Shown here: one piece after another, positions 59,736 through 64,000 of the stretch
How positions within the stretch are numbered: the first letter of the stretch is position 1
Layout: each line of letters opens with the position of its first letter
DNA from: Bacilli bacterium
Lineage (GTDB): Bacteria > Bacillota_I > Bacilli_A > RFN20 > CAG-826
Assembly: GCA_017429285.1 (NCBI GenBank)
Contig: JAFRPF010000031.1
Coordinates: 11,161 to 75,160, forward strand
DNA length: 64,000 nucleotides
Reading direction: 5' to 3'
Position numbers and translations under genes: made by a program
Notes under the pieces: model-generated
Told to the model about the DNA's origin: nothing
Database searches by the model: none
The model's input: only the letters and a program-made list of their open reading frames with translations

Positions 59736-60113
59736 TTAACCTTGTGGCGCCATCTTCTTATTCGCAATGGTCTTTCTTGGACCTTTACGAGTTCTGGCGT
59801 TAGTTTTTGTTCTTTGACCACGGACTGGTAAACCTTTTCTGTGGCGTAATCCTCTATAGCAGTTAATTTCTGTTAAACGTTTGATGTTTAAAGCTACTTC
59901 TCTACGAAGATCACCTTCTGTTTTGTATTTAGCGATTTCATTTCTAATCGCACCGAATTGATCATCAGTTAAATCTTTAACTCTGATCGTGCCGTCGACT
60001 TTTGCGCCTTCGCAAATCTTTTCGGCGGTATATCTTCCAATACCATAAATATAGGTAAGGGAGATTTTGACTGGTTTGTCGTTTGGAATATCAACACCAA
60101 CAATACGTGCCAT
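59736..60113 (-). CDS. rpsM: 30S ribosomal protein S13
   Basis: 125 aa; [10 protein letters not shown]... S13 N-terminus. Confidence 0.95.
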   Translation of the reverse strand: MARIVGVDIPNDKPVKISLTYIYGIGRYTAEKICEGAKVDGTIRVKDLTDDQFGAIRNEIAKYKTEGDLRREVALNIKRLTEINCYRGLRHRKGLPVRGQRTKTNARTRKGPRKTIANKKMAPQG

Positions 60114-60130
60114 ATTTCAATTTCCTCCTA

Positions 60131-60244
60131 TTAACCTTGTCTCTGCTTGTGTTTTGGATTTGAGCAAATGACCATCACTTTGCCATTTCTCTTAATCACT
60201 CTACACTTTGGGCAGATAGGTTTGACTGAGGGTCTGACTTTCAT
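60131..60244 (-). CDS. rpmJ: 50S ribosomal protein L36
   Basis: Not in ORF track; translated by hand: [37 protein letters not shown] (zinc-ribbon C..C..C..H). Confidence 0.85.
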   Translation of the reverse strand: MKVRPSVKPICPKCRVIKRNGKVMVICSNPKHKQRQG

Positions 60245-60269
60245 AAGTTTTTTCCTCCTAAATTACGGT

Positions 60270-60488
60270 TTATTTAAACCTAAATGTTATACGGCCCCGT
60301 GTTAAATCATAAGGCGAGATTTCTACCGTAACTCTATCACCTGGGAGAATGCGTATGTAATTCATACGGATTTTTCCAGAAACGGTGGCCTGAATTACGA
60401 CGCCGTTTTCGAGTTCTACCTTGAAATTTGCGTTAGGTAGGCACTCCTTAACGACCGCCTGCACTTCAATCATATCTTGTTTTGACAT
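60270..60488 (-). CDS. infA: Translation initiation factor IF-1
   Basis: 72 aa; S1-like fold; canonical IF-1 sequence. Confidence 0.95.
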   Translation of the reverse strand: MSKQDMIEVQAVVKECLPNANFKVELENGVVIQATVSGKIRMNYIRILPGDRVTVEISPYDLTRGRITFRFK

Positions 60489-61250
60489 TTATTCTTCTCC
60501 TTCATACATGGTAATTATTTCATAACCGTCTTCGGTGACGATCACTGTGTTCTCGTAATGCGCGGTTAATTTACCGTCCTTACTTTTCACAGTCCATCCA
60601 TCTCCTAAGGTACGAACATCCTTACGACCTTCTAATACCATCGGTTCGATGCATAACGCCATTCCTTTACTAATCACTGGACCAGTTCCACTTCTTCCAT
60701 AATTTGGAATGGATGGATCTTCATGCATGTGGGAACCTATCCCATGACCAGTATATTCTCTAACGACGTTATAACCATGACTTTCAACAAATTTTTGAAT
60801 GGCTTCGGATATATCTCCGATATGAGCGCCGGGTCTTACTAATTTCACCGCTTCAAAGAAAGCTTGTTTAGTGATATCAACGATCCGATTCGCCCTTTCC
60901 GTGAGCGTGCCGACTTTATAGGTACGACACGCATCCGCGGAATAGCCTTTATATGTTGCTACAATATCCACTGAGACGATGTCACCTTCATGGATGACGA
61001 TTTTACTTGAAGGAATGCCATGTATTAATGTGTCATTAACACTCACACAAGCACTCGCTGGATAACCATAATATCCTTTCTCCGCGGGAATACAGTTATT
61101 ATCTAACATTGTTTTCTCGACGATTGAATCGATATCTAAGGTTGTCATACCAGGATGAATCTTTTCTTCTAGTGTTTTAAACACTAAAGCGACGACTCGT
61201 CCCGCTTCTTTCATCAAATTAATTTCTCGTTCGGATTTTGTAATAATCAT
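60489..61250 (-). CDS. map: Type I methionine aminopeptidase
   Basis: 253 aa; metal-ligand D/D/H/E/E positions conserved. Confidence 0.9.
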   Translation of the reverse strand: MIITKSEREINLMKEAGRVVALVFKTLEEKIHPGMTTLDIDSIVEKTMLDNNCIPAEKGYYGYPASACVSVNDTLIHGIPSSKIVIHEGDIVSVDIVATYKGYSADACRTYKVGTLTERANRIVDITKQAFFEAVKLVRPGAHIGDISEAIQKFVESHGYNVVREYTGHGIGSHMHEDPSIPNYGRSGTGPVISKGMALCIEPMVLEGRKDVRTLGDGWTVKSKDGKLTAHYENTVIVTEDGYEIITMYEGEE

Positions 61251-61251
61251 A

Positions 61252-61902
61252 TTATTTTGTTAAAAATTTGGAAACTTGATTGAAGAGTTCTTGACTGCCC
61301 ACTAAAGAGTTGAAGTTCTCTAATAAGCCTCTTTGTTTATAGAAGTCTAAGAGAGGTTTAGTGTCAGTCACATAGTGGTCTAAACGAACTTTTAAAGCTT
61401 CTTCATTATCGTCCGCTCTTTGATACAAAGGTCCGCCACATAAATCACAGACACCTTCCACTTTTGGTTTCATGGTGACGATATGATATGGTGCGCCACA
61501 ATTCTTACAGACGCGACGACCGGAGATTCTTCTAATGAGTTCTTCGTTATTACAATCTAAGTTGACCACGACTTCGATTGGTCGATTGATTTCTTTAGAT
61601 AATCTTTCTAAAGCTTCCGCTTGAGGAAGAGTTCTTGGGAAACCATCGAGTAAGAAACCGTTTTCACAGTCCTTTTCCGCTAAACGAGCTTTTAACATAT
61701 CGATGGTCACTTGGTCAGGGACTAAATCACCTTTATCGATATAGCTTTTCGCGAGTAGACCTAGAGCGGTTCCACCCTTTATATTTTCTCTAAACATATC
61801 TCCAGTAGAAATATGAACGAGATTAAGGGAACTTTTTAATTGTTTAGCCAAGGTGCCTTTACCCGCACCTGGAGGGCCCATTAAGATAATGTTCTTTTTC
61901 AT
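61252..61902 (-). CDS. adk: Adenylate kinase (with Zn-binding lid Cys4)
   Basis: 216 aa; P-loop GPPGAGKGT; lid CKNCGAPYH...CDLCGGPL. Confidence 0.9.
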   Translation of the reverse strand: MKKNIILMGPPGAGKGTLAKQLKSSLNLVHISTGDMFRENIKGGTALGLLAKSYIDKGDLVPDQVTIDMLKARLAEKDCENGFLLDGFPRTLPQAEALERLSKEINRPIEVVVNLDCNNEELIRRISGRRVCKNCGAPYHIVTMKPKVEGVCDLCGGPLYQRADDNEEALKVRLDHYVTDTKPLLDFYKQRGLLENFNSLVGSQELFNQVSKFLTK

Positions 61903-61904
61903 AA

Positions 61905-63263
61905 TTAACGTCCTCCACCAGCGACGACTTCGTCGAATGATTTTCCGGCTAATAAGCCATCGATTTGACTATTGATTTCAAGCGCCACACCAACGACGAT
62001 GATTAATCCTGTTCCGCCTAAAGCCAGAGAAGGATTATCTTTAAAGATAGTTAATGTTAAGACGACTGGTAAGGCAGCGATAAGGGCTAATGCCATCGCT
62101 CCGATAAAGGTTACTCTATTAAGTACTTTACGGACATAACGTTCCGTTTCATTACCGGTATGGATACCAGGGATATAACTACCATTCTTTTGGAAGTTTT
62201 CCGCTAGTTGTTGTGGATTGATTTGAATGTTCGCATAGAAGAAGGTAAATGCAATTGTTAAGACTAAATAGATTATTAAGCCCCAAGGCATTGACCATCC
62301 ACCCATATCATACATCGTGGAGGTTTGGAAAATTCCTAACCATTTATCACTTGTCTTATCTGGGTCGATAAATGCGACGATAACGCTAGGTGCCATCAAG
62401 ATGGAACTCGCGAAGATGACAGGAATGACACCTGCGGAGTTAACCTTGATCGGTAAGAAGCTAGCACGGGACATCGCTTGAGTTTGTCCCCCACCCTTAC
62501 CGGAGTGTTGCACTGGAATCTTTCTTTTGGAAAGTTCGATAAATGTAACAAAGGCAATAATAAGGACATAAGAGAGGATATAAAGCAAGAATTTGAATAT
62601 ACCCGCGATACGAGCGGAGTCGCCTTGTCCTTGTAATGCGGAATTACCCACCCATAATGAGAAGGCATTTCCAATCTGACTTGGTAATGAGCAAACGATA
62701 CCGGCGAAGATAATCATTGAGATACCGTTGCCAATACCTTTGACAGATATTTGGTCACCGAGCCACATGACAATCATGGATCCCGCCATCATAATGACAA
62801 TTATATAAATATAAGTGAGCCATTCTTGACTAGCGGTCACAAATGTTATGGCGTCAGATGATTCCATGGTACGAATAATACCATAGGCTTGGACCGCACC
62901 TAACATTAATGTTAGATAACGGGTGGCCATTTCGAGCTTTCTTCTTCCGCCTTGACCTTGACGTTTCAGTTCCGTTAAGGCTGGCAAGACATCAGTGGAT
63001 AATAATTCCACGATAATCTGAGCCGTGATGTAAGGAGAAACGCCTAAGGCGAATATGGAGAAGCTCTGTAAAGTTCCTCCACCTAATAGGTTCATTAAGG
63101 ATAAAGCGTAAGAACTATCTAAATAATTCTGTAAATCTTCACCTAATGTCACCCCCGGAACGGTGATTTGAGCACCGATTCGGAAGATGAAGAGGATGAG
63201 AACCGTGAATAAGATACGGTTCATGATTTCTTTATTTTTGAGAATTCCACCTAATTTCTTCAT
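61905..63263 (-). CDS. secY: Preprotein translocase subunit SecY
   Basis: 452 aa; 10 TM; conserved SecY blocks. Confidence 0.95.
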   Translation of the reverse strand: MKKLGGILKNKEIMNRILFTVLILFIFRIGAQITVPGVTLGEDLQNYLDSSYALSLMNLLGGGTLQSFSIFALGVSPYITAQIIVELLSTDVLPALTELKRQGQGGRRKLEMATRYLTLMLGAVQAYGIIRTMESSDAITFVTASQEWLTYIYIIVIMMAGSMIVMWLGDQISVKGIGNGISMIIFAGIVCSLPSQIGNAFSLWVGNSALQGQGDSARIAGIFKFLLYILSYVLIIAFVTFIELSKRKIPVQHSGKGGGQTQAMSRASFLPIKVNSAGVIPVIFASSILMAPSVIVAFIDPDKTSDKWLGIFQTSTMYDMGGWSMPWGLIIYLVLTIAFTFFYANIQINPQQLAENFQKNGSYIPGIHTGNETERYVRKVLNRVTFIGAMALALIAALPVVLTLTIFKDNPSLALGGTGLIIVVGVALEINSQIDGLLAGKSFDEVVAGGGR

Positions 63264-63265
63264 AA

Positions 63266-63706
63266 TTAGATCACCTCAATTTTGCCACCGGCATCACTAA
63301 TGGCTTTTTCAGCGGATTTGCTGAAGGCGTGAGCTTGGACGGTTAACTTCTTTTCCAAAGTTCCTCCGCCTAAAACTTTTAAACCACTATATTCTTTGGT
63401 TAATAAACCTTCTTCTTTTAGTAATGCTGGAGAGACCACTGTACCGTCTTTGAATCTATTGAGATCCTTGACGTTAATGGTGGCATAATTGACATGATTT
63501 ACATTTTTGAAGCCTCTTTTTGGAAGTCTTCTGAAGAGTGGTAATTGACCACCTTCGAAACCGAGAGCCACGCCACCACCGCTACGGGCATTTTGACCTT
63601 TATGACCTTTACCGGCTGTTTTGCCGTTTCCAGATCCAAGGCCACGTCCTTTACGGAAATGTTCTCTACGCGCACCTTCGGTAACTTGAAGTTCATGTAA
63701 TTTCAT
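63266..63706 (-). CDS. rplO: 50S ribosomal protein L15
   Basis: 146 aa; Gly-rich L15 N-terminal region. Confidence 0.95.
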   Translation of the reverse strand: MKLHELQVTEGARREHFRKGRGLGSGNGKTAGKGHKGQNARSGGGVALGFEGGQLPLFRRLPKRGFKNVNHVNYATINVKDLNRFKDGTVVSPALLKEEGLLTKEYSGLKVLGGGTLEKKLTVQAHAFSKSAEKAISDAGGKIEVI

Positions 63707-63750
63707 ATGTGCACCTCCTGTTCAAATATTTTTATATTGAATAGATATTT

Positions 63751-64000
63751 TTATTCTTTGCCACGAAGAGTTCTAGTTTCTTTGTAGCTCTTGAGGTTAT
63801 TTAAGCCTTGGTTGGTGGCTCTAATGATATTAATTGGAGCTCTACTACCATAGACTTTGGAGCAAACGTTACGAACACCTGCTAATTCTAAGACCGCACG
63901 GACTGGACCACCGGCGATAACACCAGTACCTTCAGGGGCAGGTTTTAGATAAACATTACAAGCACCATATTTACCGATTACTTCGTGAGAGATAGTTCCA
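63751..64000 (-). CDS. rpsE: 30S ribosomal protein S5 (C-terminal part; gene continues beyond window end)
   Basis: Hand translation of the minus strand gives ..[57 protein letters not shown]. The 44-nt gap to rplO leaves no room for rpmD. Confidence 0.8.
   Translation of the reverse strand, partial: GTISHEVIGKYGACNVYLKPAPEGTGVIAGGPVRAVLELAGVRNVCSKVYGSRAPINIIRATNQGLNNLKSYKETRTLRGKE

Noticed and set aside
1-64000. Genetic code 4 (UGA=Trp) as in Mycoplasma
   Set aside because: Long conserved genes (secY, rpoA, cysS, hydA, nrdD) are full length under the standard code with no need for UGA read-through.
1-64000. CRISPR arrays, IS elements, integrases, rRNA genes
   Set aside because: No regularly spaced direct repeats, no transposase/integrase-like ORFs, and no rRNA-like GC-rich stretches were seen.

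Overview
The window is a 64 kb chromosomal segment from a very AT-rich, low-GC Gram-positive-type bacterium (Firmicutes/Erysipelotrichia- or Mollicutes-like). The standard genetic code is in use: long conserved ORFs such as SecY, RpoA, CysS and HydA are intact with UGA as a stop codon. The window does not hold one single novel system. It is a mosaic of four parts.

(i) 137-11,100: an extremely AT-rich cell-surface polysaccharide locus. It contains two Wzy-like membrane proteins, a TagF-like glycerophosphotransferase, a disrupted GT2 glycosyltransferase, a Wzx flippase, an initiating sugar-phosphate transferase, a CapD/PglF-like dehydratase and an LMW protein-tyrosine phosphatase.

(ii) 11,100-16,300: four tRNA genes, an M13 metallopeptidase lipoprotein and a large acidic Tyr-rich lipoprotein.

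(iii) 16,300-24,700 and 57,900-64,000: core housekeeping genes. These are rpsI-rplM, yebC, truA, the ECF transporter genes, a SigH-like sigma factor, rlmB and cysS, plus the far end of the ribosomal cluster (rpsE to rplQ). That cluster lacks rpmD.

(iv) 24,700-57,800: an anaerobic-metabolism and surface-protein region. It holds a trimeric HydABC [FeFe]-hydrogenase divergent from D-lactate dehydrogenase, cysE, and an anaerobic ribonucleotide reductase module. That module comprises an NrdD with a fused C-terminal glutaredoxin-like CxxC domain, an adjacent thioredoxin-reductase-like flavoprotein lacking the NADPH-binding motifs, and nrdG. The region also holds dCMP deaminase, folD, asnA, three tandem paralogous lipoproteins, a 1,334-aa Ig-repeat surface protein translationally coupled to a GH3 beta-glucosidase, a PreT/PreA-like Fe-S flavoprotein pair, a type-I-toxin-like 23-codon ORF bracketed by 15-bp perfect inverted repeats, a HigB(Gp49)-HigA-like toxin-antitoxin pair and a C11-peptidase-like lipoprotein.

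No CRISPR array, transposase, integrase or rRNA gene is visible.
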